Assembly (NCBI GenBank): GCA_002441205.1 | Contig: DJVN01000133.1 | Location: 3,900-57,310 of the forward strand | Direction: 5' to 3' | DNA: 53,411 nt | Source: Syntrophaceae bacterium UBA6255 | GTDB taxonomy: Bacteria > Desulfobacterota > Syntrophia > Syntrophales > Smithellaceae | Shown here: positions 28,201-35,290 of the stretch, in pieces | Position numbering within the stretch: position 1 is the stretch's first letter | Layout of the letters: each line of letters opens with the position of its first letter | Notes under the pieces: model-generated | Databases searched by the model: none | The model's input: the letters and a program-made list of their open reading frames with translations, nothing else | What the model was told of the DNA's origin: nothing | Position numbers and translations under genes: made by a program

Positions 28201-30956
28201 TTTAAAAAGGCTTCGTAGGGAAGACAGGTCATGGTGAATAAAGCCTGAAAAAAAATATTGCCGGATTTTTGAGCTGCAGAAGTCAAATGATGAGATAAGA
28301 TGACATGACGCGGCTTTTGAAAGATATTCATGACGGATGTAATGACAGCAGGAAGGATAATGATGCCCAGCACCGTCATGGTCCATAATAAGGGAGACGG
28401 CAGGAAGGTCCATCCCAGCAAAAGCAAAAACATTAAAGATACGGGAACCAGGCTTCTGCGCAAATTATCGGATATTTTCCATTGAGATAAGGTTGACAGA
28501 GGATTATCCAAGATTTTCCCGTCGGCGCTTGGCACTTTCGACATGACCCAGCGTGCGATTTGCCAGTCTCCGCGGATCCAGCGATGTCTTCGGCTGACAT
28601 CGGCTTTGTAGTTTGAAGGATAATCCTCATAAAGCTGAACGTCGCTGATCAGTCCCGAACGGGCATAGCATCCTTCCAGAAGGTCATGACTGAGAATGTG
28701 ATTTTCGGGCAGGTTCCCGTTAAGCGCTTTTTCGAATGCGTCAATGTCATAGATGCCTTTGCCGATAAAAGAACCTTCTCCAAATACGTCCTGATAAACA
28801 TCCGAAACCGCTCTCGTGTAAGGGTCAATGCCTGAAGAACTTCCATGCATGATGGAATAAAGCGAACGGCGGACATCGGGTAAAGATACGGAAACCCGCG
28901 GCTGTAAGATGCCGTATCCTTCGCGGACACGTTTTTCCTTTTCATCGTATGTGGCCCGGTTAAGCGGATGCGCCATGGTTCCCACAAGTTGCCATGCCGC
29001 GTCCCGGGGAAGTTTTGTGTCGGTATCCAGCGTGATGATATACTTGACATTTCGTAATATGGTAGTATCACCGACAATCAGTGAAAAGAGATCATCAGAT
29101 GGCCACTGTGTTTTCCCCCGCAGAAATGCGTTCAGATCCGACAGCTTGCCTCTTTTTCTTTCATAACCCATCCAGATATTTTCTTTGGGATTCCAGAGAC
29201 GTGGCCGGTGAAACAGGAAAAAAATGTCTCCTTGCAGCAGGTTTTTGTATTTTTCATTCAGATTTTCAATGCCGTTTCTTACGAGATCTAAAAGTTTTTC
29301 ATCATCAGGCAGGTTTTCGGTTTTGGCATCACGAAAATCGGTCAACAAAGCAAAGCGAAGATTTTCATCGCGATTGGCCAGAAATCGAACCTCTATGGAT
29401 TCCAGAATATGAGCAATGTTTTTTTCGCCCAAAAGCATTGTCGGAATGGTAACGAGAGTGCGATATTCAGGCGGGATGTTTCGCGAAAAATCCATGCGCG
29501 GCAAAGGATAAGGTTTTACCAGAAGCGTTGACACCCAATTGACCAGCGCTACGCTTAAATGGCTTATGCCCAGAAAGGATAGCAATCCCAGCGCCGCCAG
29601 GAGCCAGCCGTTGATCCCTCCGGTATAAGCATATGACATCAAAACGCCCGTAAATATTATAGACAGAACTATGATGGAACCAACATAAATCGTGAGTGGA
29701 ATCCGGCTGCAGAAGCGATTGATTATCTCCAGCGGCGATAAACGAATCTTGACCAGGTTCTGCAACTCTGATAATCCTTTATCGATGAGATAGTAACCGA
29801 CATGTGCCGCCTTTTGGTTATGGTCGTTTTTTGCGCTGCCCTTACGGGCGAGAAGCACCGCCATCCGTGCAACTTCACTTTCGGATAAATTACTTTTTCT
29901 GGCTATTTTTTCCACTTCATGGCGGTATCGGTCGCGGGTGGGAAAATCCATTTTAACGTAAATATCCGACGGATCTTCGCGCAGGATTTGATCCACCGAG
30001 CACATGGTTTCCACAAATTCCCGCCAGTTCATTGTGCCCAGAAAGCGCAAACTGATGATATTGTTGCTCATGGAGACCTGATCGGCGGCCTGTTGCTGGC
30101 TTTCCAGATGCAAAAATCCATTAATGGTCTGTCCGTATTCGGCAAGATGCTGTTCTATCCAGGTCAGGGGAAGGGCCAGCGCAGGCCCCTGTCCCTGAAG
30201 TTGACGGGCTATTTCCGCGACAAAAGCGCCGACCATCGGCGGCTTGGAGCGGGCCATATCCGCTATTTCCAGAAACAAATTTTTGGGGTCCTTGTGGGCG
30301 GTCGCTGTCATTCTGCTCGCCCAGTAATCGGCTTCGTTGCGATTGATTCTGTCTTTGGATATGCGCGAAGCTATACGCCTGATATTTTCGATCAACGCGA
30401 GGCGCAGCATAATGGGGATTGCCCATAATTCACCGATTTTAAGCACGGTAACGGTCTGGTAGGACGATACGAATAAACTCAGTGTTTTCGCATCCACGCG
30501 GCCATCGCCGTGGGATATCATTTCCAGCGCGATGTCATATACCCGGGGCAGTTTTGCCGATGGTCCGTCCTCCAGGTGAGGCAGCTCCCTGCTGTAAACT
30601 TTCGGAAAGTGTCTTCGCGCTGTGCGAATCTGTTCCTCGATGAGATAAAAATTATCGAGAAACCACTCTTCTGCGGGGGTGATGCGACGTTTATCCAAAA
30701 CGGCTTTTGTCAGTTTTTGCCGCACTTCAAAAAGAACATTTTCGTTTTCCGTCAATCGTTTCAGCAGTTGGTTGGAGGTACGTCCCTCTCCCAGGTTATG
30801 GGCGCCTGCTATCGTTTTTCCATGCCGGCGCATTTGCTTGGAACTGAATAATTCAGCACGGAATAACGCGTCGTCTGTTAAATTTTTATTCAGCGTCCCG
30901 CGGGTAAACAGTTTTTTAAAATGATCTAAATATTTCAGAAAAGATTTGGTTTCCAA
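22224..30956 (-). CDS. ndvB: Cyclic beta-1,2-glucan synthase (NdvB/ChvB/Cgs type): GT84 glycosyltransferase plus a GH94 phosphorylase-like C-terminal region
   Basis: Uninterrupted 2910-aa ORF. It has multiple TM segments, the GT motif 'ITLDTDTKLPRDAA', 'RRHRWIRGDWQ', and a C-terminal (alpha/alpha)6 GH94-like region ('GGAFGFRDQLQD', 'GDWNDGMN', 'ENGGQYTHSAVW'). The size matches known Cgs proteins of about 2.8-2.9 k aa. Confidence 0.85.
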   Translation of the reverse strand: METKSFLKYLDHFKKLFTRGTLNKNLTDDALFRAELFSSKQMRRHGKTIAGAHNLGEGRTSNQLLKRLTENENVLFEVRQKLTKAVLDKRRITPAEEWFLDNFYLIEEQIRTARRHFPKVYSRELPHLEDGPSAKLPRVYDIALEMISHGDGRVDAKTLSLFVSSYQTVTVLKIGELWAIPIMLRLALIENIRRIASRISKDRINRNEADYWASRMTATAHKDPKNLFLEIADMARSKPPMVGAFVAEIARQLQGQGPALALPLTWIEQHLAEYGQTINGFLHLESQQQAADQVSMSNNIISLRFLGTMNWREFVETMCSVDQILREDPSDIYVKMDFPTRDRYRHEVEKIARKSNLSESEVARMAVLLARKGSAKNDHNQKAAHVGYYLIDKGLSELQNLVKIRLSPLEIINRFCSRIPLTIYVGSIIVLSIIFTGVLMSYAYTGGINGWLLAALGLLSFLGISHLSVALVNWVSTLLVKPYPLPRMDFSRNIPPEYRTLVTIPTMLLGEKNIAHILESIEVRFLANRDENLRFALLTDFRDAKTENLPDDEKLLDLVRNGIENLNEKYKNLLQGDIFFLFHRPRLWNPKENIWMGYERKRGKLSDLNAFLRGKTQWPSDDLFSLIVGDTTILRNVKYIITLDTDTKLPRDAAWQLVGTMAHPLNRATYDEKEKRVREGYGILQPRVSVSLPDVRRSLYSIMHGSSSGIDPYTRAVSDVYQDVFGEGSFIGKGIYDIDAFEKALNGNLPENHILSHDLLEGCYARSGLISDVQLYEDYPSNYKADVSRRHRWIRGDWQIARWVMSKVPSADGKILDNPLSTLSQWKISDNLRRSLVPVSLMFLLLLGWTFLPSPLLWTMTVLGIIILPAVITSVMNIFQKPRHVILSHHLTSAAQKSGNIFFQALFTMTCLPYEAFLNTDAVLRTVWRMLISRKNLLEWNPSENTNSHLRHDLVSYYKNMWFAPFIAAVSSTAILVSRPASLIFAAPFILIWCLSPAIAWKVSRPARRPETKLSASQITFLRKTTRKTWAFFENFVGPEDNWLPPDNYQEDPVNVVAHRTSPTNIGLSLLANLTALDFGYITTLKFVERTSNTLRTLVSMERHKGHFYNWYDTQSLDPLLPLYVSSVDSGNLVGYLFILRSGLLSIPDKKIIEPQIFDGLKDTLEIWTETAGKSSPGQLSRLKKILDEAISSPPATLHEAKTCLEKITAMATEMTESINPDDMDHKNSTGYWAKAFSDQSMAALDELLFLTPWIFKPYFPDIVNEMPQLNDIMTLRDLSNFAEVFESALEDRIKSESNACEAKEVKELKTLVAESGERTVTMMEDLETLVRQCSDFTNIEYDFIFDKSCNLLSIGYNVSNWRRDSSFYDLLAGEARFSNFVGIAQGKLPQESWFAMGRLLTTVKNKPVLVSWSGSMFEYLMPLLVMPTYEDSLLDQTYKAAVDMQIEYGKKRSVPWGISESGYYAFDSHLNYQYRAFGVPGLGLKRGLTEDLVVAPYASALALMVEPEKACLNLEKLADNKFQGPFGFYEAIDYTSSRLTRNQPNAVIRSYMAHHQGMTLLALAYLLLDRPMQKRFEAEPLFQSTLLLLQEMVPKAIAFYTSPADLVSTQKEQDLVETPVRIFNTPDTTIPEIQLLSNGRYHIMLTNAGGGYSRWKNIAITRFREDVTCDNSGIFCYLTDVKTGDVWSTTYQPTLKQPLRYEAVFSDGRVEFRRHDHDLDVHTQIVVSPEDDIELRRTTIANHSRIRRTIDITSYAEVVITQQAADKIHPAFSNLFIQTQIIEQRRAILCTRRPRSEDEKNPWMLHLMAVHGTDTEQISYETDRSRFIGRGKTLCDAQVMDPPMNLFGTLSDSQGSVLDPIVSIRSRITLEPEQSATIDMVFGIGNTREEAMDLVDKYQDRRIADRVFEMAWTQSQVLLRQINATDADAQLYSHIASCLIYPNDSMRAGANTIMENRRGQSGLWGYAVSGDLPIVLLKISDQSHMELARQLIQAHTYWRLKGLAVDLVIWNEDHAGYRQLLHDQIMGLVSSGIVADMKDQPGGIFVRNTDQMPEEDRILFQTVAHVIISGHQGKLANQVKQRGGLKVAVPRLIPSRTHRPAPTPKTAPRRQDLLFFNGLGGFDPANCEYVISTSRSQITPAPWVNVLANPTFGTVVSESGMAYTWAENAHEFRLTPWHNDPVCDRSGEAFYIRDDERGHFWSPTPLPRRGFEPYVTRHGFGYTVFEHTERFIQSEVLVYAALDASVKFVVVRLKNVTGRPRRISLTGYVEWILGDLRAKTAMHVITDVDHQSGAIFARNPYNMEFPNRIAFFNTSAPTRTITGNRTEFLGRNGTLRDPAVMKRHHLSGKVGAGLDPCAAIQVPLELVDGEEKEIVFTLGLAQNVSEARKLAQFFSDPETAGEALKAVSEYWNDKLNVIQVKTPDPSLNILTNGWLLYQTLACRLWARTGYYQSGGAFGFRDQLQDVMALIHAEPKFARDQLLLSASRQFEAGDVQHWWHPPLGRGVRTQCSDDYLWLPLTTCYYISRTGDTDILEEPVPFINGRPLNIEEDSYYDLPVRSYQTASLYEHCIRAIKRGLRFGEHGLPLMGSGDWNDGMNMVGIKGKGESIWLGFFLYEVLTQFAKIASLRGDTSFEEYCKKEALDLRLNIEQHGWDGLWYRRAFFDNGTVLGSAKNQECRIDSIAQSWSVLSGAGNGHHSRLAMESLSQHLIRRDIGIIQLLHPPFDKSNLNPGYIKGYVPGVRENGGQYTHSAVWAAMAFASLGDNNRAWEIMTIINPINHANSCEAIETYKVEPYVVAADVYAFAPHTGRGGWTWYTGAAGWTYRLIIEYLLGLKREGNKICFVPCMPVEWDGFSIRYRYGKTIYHITVTRVQEREKEMTVIVDGTKQAEQSFSLTDDGMEHKIHIIL

Positions 30957-31064
30957 TGCTTCACGCCTCTTGAATAGTTCGAAGGATTGTCAAAAACTGA
31001 TTTTTATACGATTGCTTAAAAAAATGTTATAAATATTTTAAGATCTTGTGCGACACGAAGACGT

Positions 31065-31910
31065 TTATTTGTTCGGCTTAAAATAAGGCAGCGCCAACTG
31101 CATTTTTTTCAGAGCTTGTTTTTCGATCTGACGGGCTCTTTCCCGCGAAATATTATACTTTTCCCCTATTTCCTGCAACGTTTTTGGATCATCCGCCATT
31201 ACACGGTTGAGAATAATATAACTTTCTCTTTCGTTGAGATGGGCCAGCGCTCCGGCAATGTCGCGCTGAACCAAACTTTTTTCTTCATTTTTAATCAACG
31301 AGGTTTCCTGATTATCCCCCTCATAGGCAAGAAAATCAATATGAGAATTGCTGCTTTCGTCGTTGATCATTTCATGCAGGGAAACATCGCGGGCGCCCAT
31401 GCGCAGATCCATTTCTTCCACTTCGGAGTCCTTTACCCCCAGGGATGTGGCAATTTCGCTGAATTCGGGATTTCTTTTGGAAAGCGTTTCCAGATCTTTT
31501 TTGGTCTGATTTAATTTAAAAAACAGCTTGCGCTGGGCTTGCGTCGTGCCGATTTTAACGATGCTCCAGGACTTGATGAGATAATTCTGAATATAGGCCC
31601 GAATCCACCAAACCGCGTAAGAGATAAGCCGGTAACCTTTTTCGGGGTCGAATTTTTTTACGGCATGAATAAGACCCACATTGCCTTCTTGAATTAAATC
31701 CGCCAGTTTGAAACCGTAGTTGCGATATTCGTGGGCAATCTTGACCACAAAACGGAGATTGGAAACAATTAATTTCTCAGCAGCGGTAACATCGCTGTCT
31801 TTTTTTAAACGCATGGCCAGCTTGAATTCCTCTTCCGGAGTTAAAAGGGGAAAGCGATTAATTTCAGATATATATAGATTAAGGGTGCCGGTTATTACAG
31901 GTAGTTCCAA
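31065..31910 (-). CDS. rpoH: RNA polymerase sigma-32 heat-shock factor
   Basis: 281-aa ORF with region 2 'DLIQEGNVGLIHAVKKFDPEKGYRLISYAVWWIRAYI' and the RpoH box 'TTQAQRKLFFKLNQ'. TTG start with an AAGGAG RBS about 10 nt upstream. Confidence 0.9.
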   Translation of the reverse strand: MELPVITGTLNLYISEINRFPLLTPEEEFKLAMRLKKDSDVTAAEKLIVSNLRFVVKIAHEYRNYGFKLADLIQEGNVGLIHAVKKFDPEKGYRLISYAVWWIRAYIQNYLIKSWSIVKIGTTQAQRKLFFKLNQTKKDLETLSKRNPEFSEIATSLGVKDSEVEEMDLRMGARDVSLHEMINDESSNSHIDFLAYEGDNQETSLIKNEEKSLVQRDIAGALAHLNERESYIILNRVMADDPKTLQEIGEKYNISRERARQIEKQALKKMQLALPYFKPNK

Positions 31911-31942
31911 AGATCGGTCATCTCCTTTGATTTTATTCTTAA

Positions 31943-31971
31943 ATATTATCTGACTATAAATTGACGGTCAA
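31943..31971 (-). promoter_or_regulatory. Candidate sigma70 promoter of rpoH (TTGACC-N17-TAATAT on the minus strand)
   Basis: On the plus strand, GGTCAA at 31966-31971 and ATATTA at 31943-31948 are separated by 17 nt. It lies about 33 nt upstream of the start codon. Confidence 0.4.
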
Positions 31972-32341
31972 GATAATTATGAATTATCAATTTCTCAACG
32001 ATGCGTATCGGTATTGGCAAATCAAATCCTTGTCTTGCGACCGTGCTTATTTCGCGTTGACAACAGGGCAAGTTTTGTTTATTAAAAACGCGTCTTACCG
32101 AATAAATAGCATCAAAAAAGTTTTCACAAATTAAGTTTTTACAAGGAAAGGAAGATAAAATAAATTTGTCCCTTTTTCTTTACAAATGAGGGGTCTTCTC
32201 TTTAGCTAAATGTGGTGCACTTTGAAGTGGAATTCACCTTATTATTTTGACGTATAGTAATTGTTGAGTTTATCTACAAGTCCTAAATAATTCAGCATGC
32301 GTCTGAGCGATGTTACACGTCGAGAATCTATGGTTCGGAAA

Positions 32342-33532
32342 TTAAACTTCGCGTCCAAGCATTGCCTTTAACATCATAGTGTATTTTCCCACAGTGCTTT
32401 TCTTGTTTTGATAGATGACACTGTAAAGCTCTTCAATATCTTTGGGGGGCACGAACTCTTTTTCTTTGCGGGAAAGTGACAATGATTTCGATTTGCATGT
32501 GGATACGCAAAGACCGCAGCCGATGCATTTGCGCTCATCGATGGCTATTGCTTTGGCTGTTGCACTGGTGTCGTCATAAATGATGGCCTGCATGTGGCAA
32601 CGCTTTTTACAGATCCCGCATCCGGTGCATGTCTCCGTCTTCAATACTGCCCGGTAGTTGCTTTCGACAAAATCCACCGAGCGGGGCATCATGCTCACCA
32701 GCTCCATTATCCCGCAACAGCAGCCGCAGCACGAACACACAAATTGTGCATCCTGCATAGATGACGGCATGAGGACGAGACCATCTTTTTCGTTCTGATC
32801 CAATATCTCAAAAGCTTCTTGCTTTGATATTGTACGTCCCCATCCTTCATTGCGATCATAGATGTCGTAAAAATCGCGAAATCCGATGCAGATTTCCCGT
32901 CGGTCGGTTACTTCGCAGTGCTTTCCTAGCTTGTCTTTGCTCATCTTGCAGATGCATTTGGTTACGCCGATACGATCCTGGGCCTGATCGACAAGTTGCC
33001 TAATGTCGTCATAAGTGGCAATAGAAAGTTGCGGAGTAACGCTGGCTTGAATAGGTATCACCCGCATCTGCCGCACCTTTGTAGCATAATACTCGGTTGA
33101 ATATCCCTGCATCATATAATCCCGCGTATCCAGATAGAAACTGGGCGTTGAACGGGTAACCATCATTTCATACATGCCAATGATAAATGGATGACATGCA
33201 TAGCGCTTTTGCTCACCCGACACGGATGAGAAAATACTTCCTTTATTGGCCATGGATTCTATCAGTTCCTGGAACTGCCCTTCAGCGTAACCTTTCTGCC
33301 GGGCGCGTTGATAGATCTCATCAAATGTTTCCAGACGCCACCCGATATTCAGTGCTGCCTGAGCCTCTTCGGCGGTAAAAAAACGCGCCAGCAGGCGTAA
33401 CTCAACCCCTGTAAGGGTTGCCGGATATCCCACAGGCATTGTGTTCAGATGTTTCTGCAATGCGCGATATACCTTGCGTGCGTCTGATTTGATGCGTAAT
33501 CCGTTCTTTACTCCATTTATTAAATTACTCAT
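32342..33532 (-). CDS. Cysteine-rich Fe-S protein: two ferredoxin-type 4Fe-4S motifs plus a CxCCxCCC cluster; function unknown
   Basis: 396-aa ORF with 'CTGCGICKKRC' and 'CIGCGLCVSTC' (CxxCxxCxxxC), preceded by 'CSCCGCCCG' and 'CICKMSKDKLGKHC'. Confidence 0.7.
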   Translation of the reverse strand: MSNLINGVKNGLRIKSDARKVYRALQKHLNTMPVGYPATLTGVELRLLARFFTAEEAQAALNIGWRLETFDEIYQRARQKGYAEGQFQELIESMANKGSIFSSVSGEQKRYACHPFIIGMYEMMVTRSTPSFYLDTRDYMMQGYSTEYYATKVRQMRVIPIQASVTPQLSIATYDDIRQLVDQAQDRIGVTKCICKMSKDKLGKHCEVTDRREICIGFRDFYDIYDRNEGWGRTISKQEAFEILDQNEKDGLVLMPSSMQDAQFVCSCCGCCCGIMELVSMMPRSVDFVESNYRAVLKTETCTGCGICKKRCHMQAIIYDDTSATAKAIAIDERKCIGCGLCVSTCKSKSLSLSRKEKEFVPPKDIEELYSVIYQNKKSTVGKYTMMLKAMLGREV

Positions 33533-33661
33533 ACTTTTCCTCCTTTATTGGAATAGTATCCTCTGTTCATGGTATAAAAACAGAGACAGGTCTTGAGAAA
33601 TAACTTTTCAGCCTCCAATCAACACGACAAATCTTTTTTTAGTAAAACATGCAGAACCAAA

Positions 33662-34087
33662 GGTATCATCGAACACCCTCCGCACATTGTGGGATGTAGA
33701 CTAAGAAATTTTAAGAGATAGATTCACTTTGTTTTGAGAATAATACGCCTTTTAAATTACATTGCAAGGAAATACTTTTTAAATGTTAGGAGCAAATAGG
33801 ACTTTTCTATTTGCTCCTAACACCACGTACATTTGGTCATGGAGGCGACAGCAGGAGGTGCGTTTTCCCAGATCATGAAAGGAATCAACCTGTCTTATGC
33901 TCATCATTATAAGAACAGATACAAGCATACAGGACATTTTTGGCAGGACCGATTTAAGAGCATCGTGATATCGAAAGATGAATACTTATTGGCGTGCGGG
34001 AGTTATGTGGAATTGAATCCTGTACGGGCACGGATGGTAGAAGATCCGAAGGAATATCGTTGGAGCAGTTACAGGGCGAAGGCATGA
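33662..34087 (+). pseudogene. Decayed REP-associated tyrosine transposase (RAYT)/IS200-like Y1 HUH transposase gene
   Basis: One reading frame gives '..PHIVGCRLRNFKR*IHFVLRIIRLLNYIARKYFLNVRSK*DFSICS*HHVHLVMEA...GHFWQDRFKSIVISKDEYLLACGSYVELNPVRARMVEDPKEYRWSSY'. The HUH motif (HHVHLV) and the C-terminal signature are intact. The N-terminal third is interrupted by three in-frame stops at 33719, 33797 and 33818. Confidence 0.6.
33785..33821. repeat. Perfect 15-bp inverted repeat (hairpin) inside the RAYT relic
   Basis: gttaggagcaaatag (33785-33799), loop gactttt, ctatttgctcctaac (33807-33821). It is an exact reverse complement. Confidence 0.9.
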
Positions 34088-34149
34088 AAATGGAGTCAAG
34101 TCGTTGCTTGGCTCATGTCAGGGTAGCAGATTGCTTTTACGAATCAACA

Positions 34150-35019
34150 TCAACTGACACTCAAAAGCTTCGAAAAAAGTTCGCTGCGTTTATGGATACC
34201 GATCATCTTAAAAATGCATTTTAAATGATCTTTGACGGTGAATGCGCTGATGCAGAGATTTTTGGCGATGTCATTGTTGGAATGCCCATATGCGGCCATC
34301 AGGGCTATCTGACGCTCTCTGGATGTCAAATCGAATTCTTTCAGTCTCTGAGTCATACAGGTGGCATCTGTCAATCGTCTCATGAATATAATTTTCAACG
34401 GCGAGCCGTTCTGACAGGGAATATTTCTGACATAATAAATGAATGCGGGCGTTTTCACAAAAATGGATTCCTTGCCTTGAAGCATTTGAAGTATTTTTCT
34501 CAGAGGATAGATTGTTAAAACACTTTGTGCTTCCTTATTGGCATAGGTCACACATGGATTTTTCTTCTCGTAATTGCTGACAAAAATAACGCCGGTTTCT
34601 TTAACGGCATCCAGGGATTGGATGAACTTATCAAACTGCCTGGATTTTTGGATAAAGTCCATGGTTGAAATATCGGTTCCGAGGGAAAGGTAATACGAGA
34701 AGCCATTGACCTTGATACGTTTTGTATTGAACAGCATGTAACCCATGCCGTTTTTTCTCGACTTGAGTTTTACTACAAGGCTCTGGTCATCGCCGCTCTC
34801 TCTTAATCTCTTCCGAAAAGCCAGTCTTTCCTCGGTACTGATCAGGTCCAATTCCAGAGGCGTTCTGCCGATGACGTCTTTGCGCCGCAGTCCGAAATAT
34901 TTCAGAAAGGCATTGTTTACATCCACGTAAGTTGCATCGTTGACTTTCGCGATAGATATGGGATTGGGCGATAGCTGGAAGACGTCACTGAGAAAAGCGT
35001 TTTGTTTTTTGCTGACCAT
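34150..35019 (-). CDS. PAS-domain LuxR-family transcriptional regulator
   Basis: 289-aa ORF with an N-terminal PAS-like segment ('NPISIAKVNDATYVDVNNAFLKYFGLRRKDVIGRTPLEL') and a C-terminal LuxR HTH ('LTSRERQIALMAAYGHSNNDIAKNLCISAFTVKDHLKCIFKMIGIHKRSEL'). Confidence 0.8.
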   Translation of the reverse strand: MVSKKQNAFLSDVFQLSPNPISIAKVNDATYVDVNNAFLKYFGLRRKDVIGRTPLELDLISTEERLAFRKRLRESGDDQSLVVKLKSRKNGMGYMLFNTKRIKVNGFSYYLSLGTDISTMDFIQKSRQFDKFIQSLDAVKETGVIFVSNYEKKNPCVTYANKEAQSVLTIYPLRKILQMLQGKESIFVKTPAFIYYVRNIPCQNGSPLKIIFMRRLTDATCMTQRLKEFDLTSRERQIALMAAYGHSNNDIAKNLCISAFTVKDHLKCIFKMIGIHKRSELFSKLLSVS

Positions 35020-35233
35020 ATAATACTGCGTTTATCAAAAATCATTTTAATTGAGGGTCTTATATTATAAAATGATGACGGATGCAATCCCTCAAAAGAG
35101 GAATATTTACTATTTTAATTAAAGTCGTTTATCATAAAAAAATAATCATAGCGGCAGCGGATATTTCATTTTTTCGGCGCAACTCGGAGAGTCTGATGGT
35201 TTCTGAAAAGAATAAAAACAGCCTCATCCCACC

Positions 35234-35262
35234 TTGACAGAGGCCCGAATTATGCTTATTGT
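35234..35262 (+). promoter_or_regulatory. Sigma70-type promoter (TTGACA-N17-TATTGT) for the diadenylate cyclase gene
   Basis: TTGACA at 35234-35239 and TATTGT at 35257-35262, 29 nt upstream of the ATG at 35291. An AAGGTGAAGG RBS region is present. Confidence 0.5.
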
Positions 35263-35290
35263 ATTTAAAAATTAAAAATAAGGTGAAGGC

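Noticed and set aside
22611-30924. Numerous 60-220-aa plus-strand ORFs (for example 25536-26198, 24357-24863, 29919-30428) inside the glucan synthase gene
   Set aside because: All are antisense to one continuous 2910-aa ORF with family motifs along its length. None has a recognisable domain.
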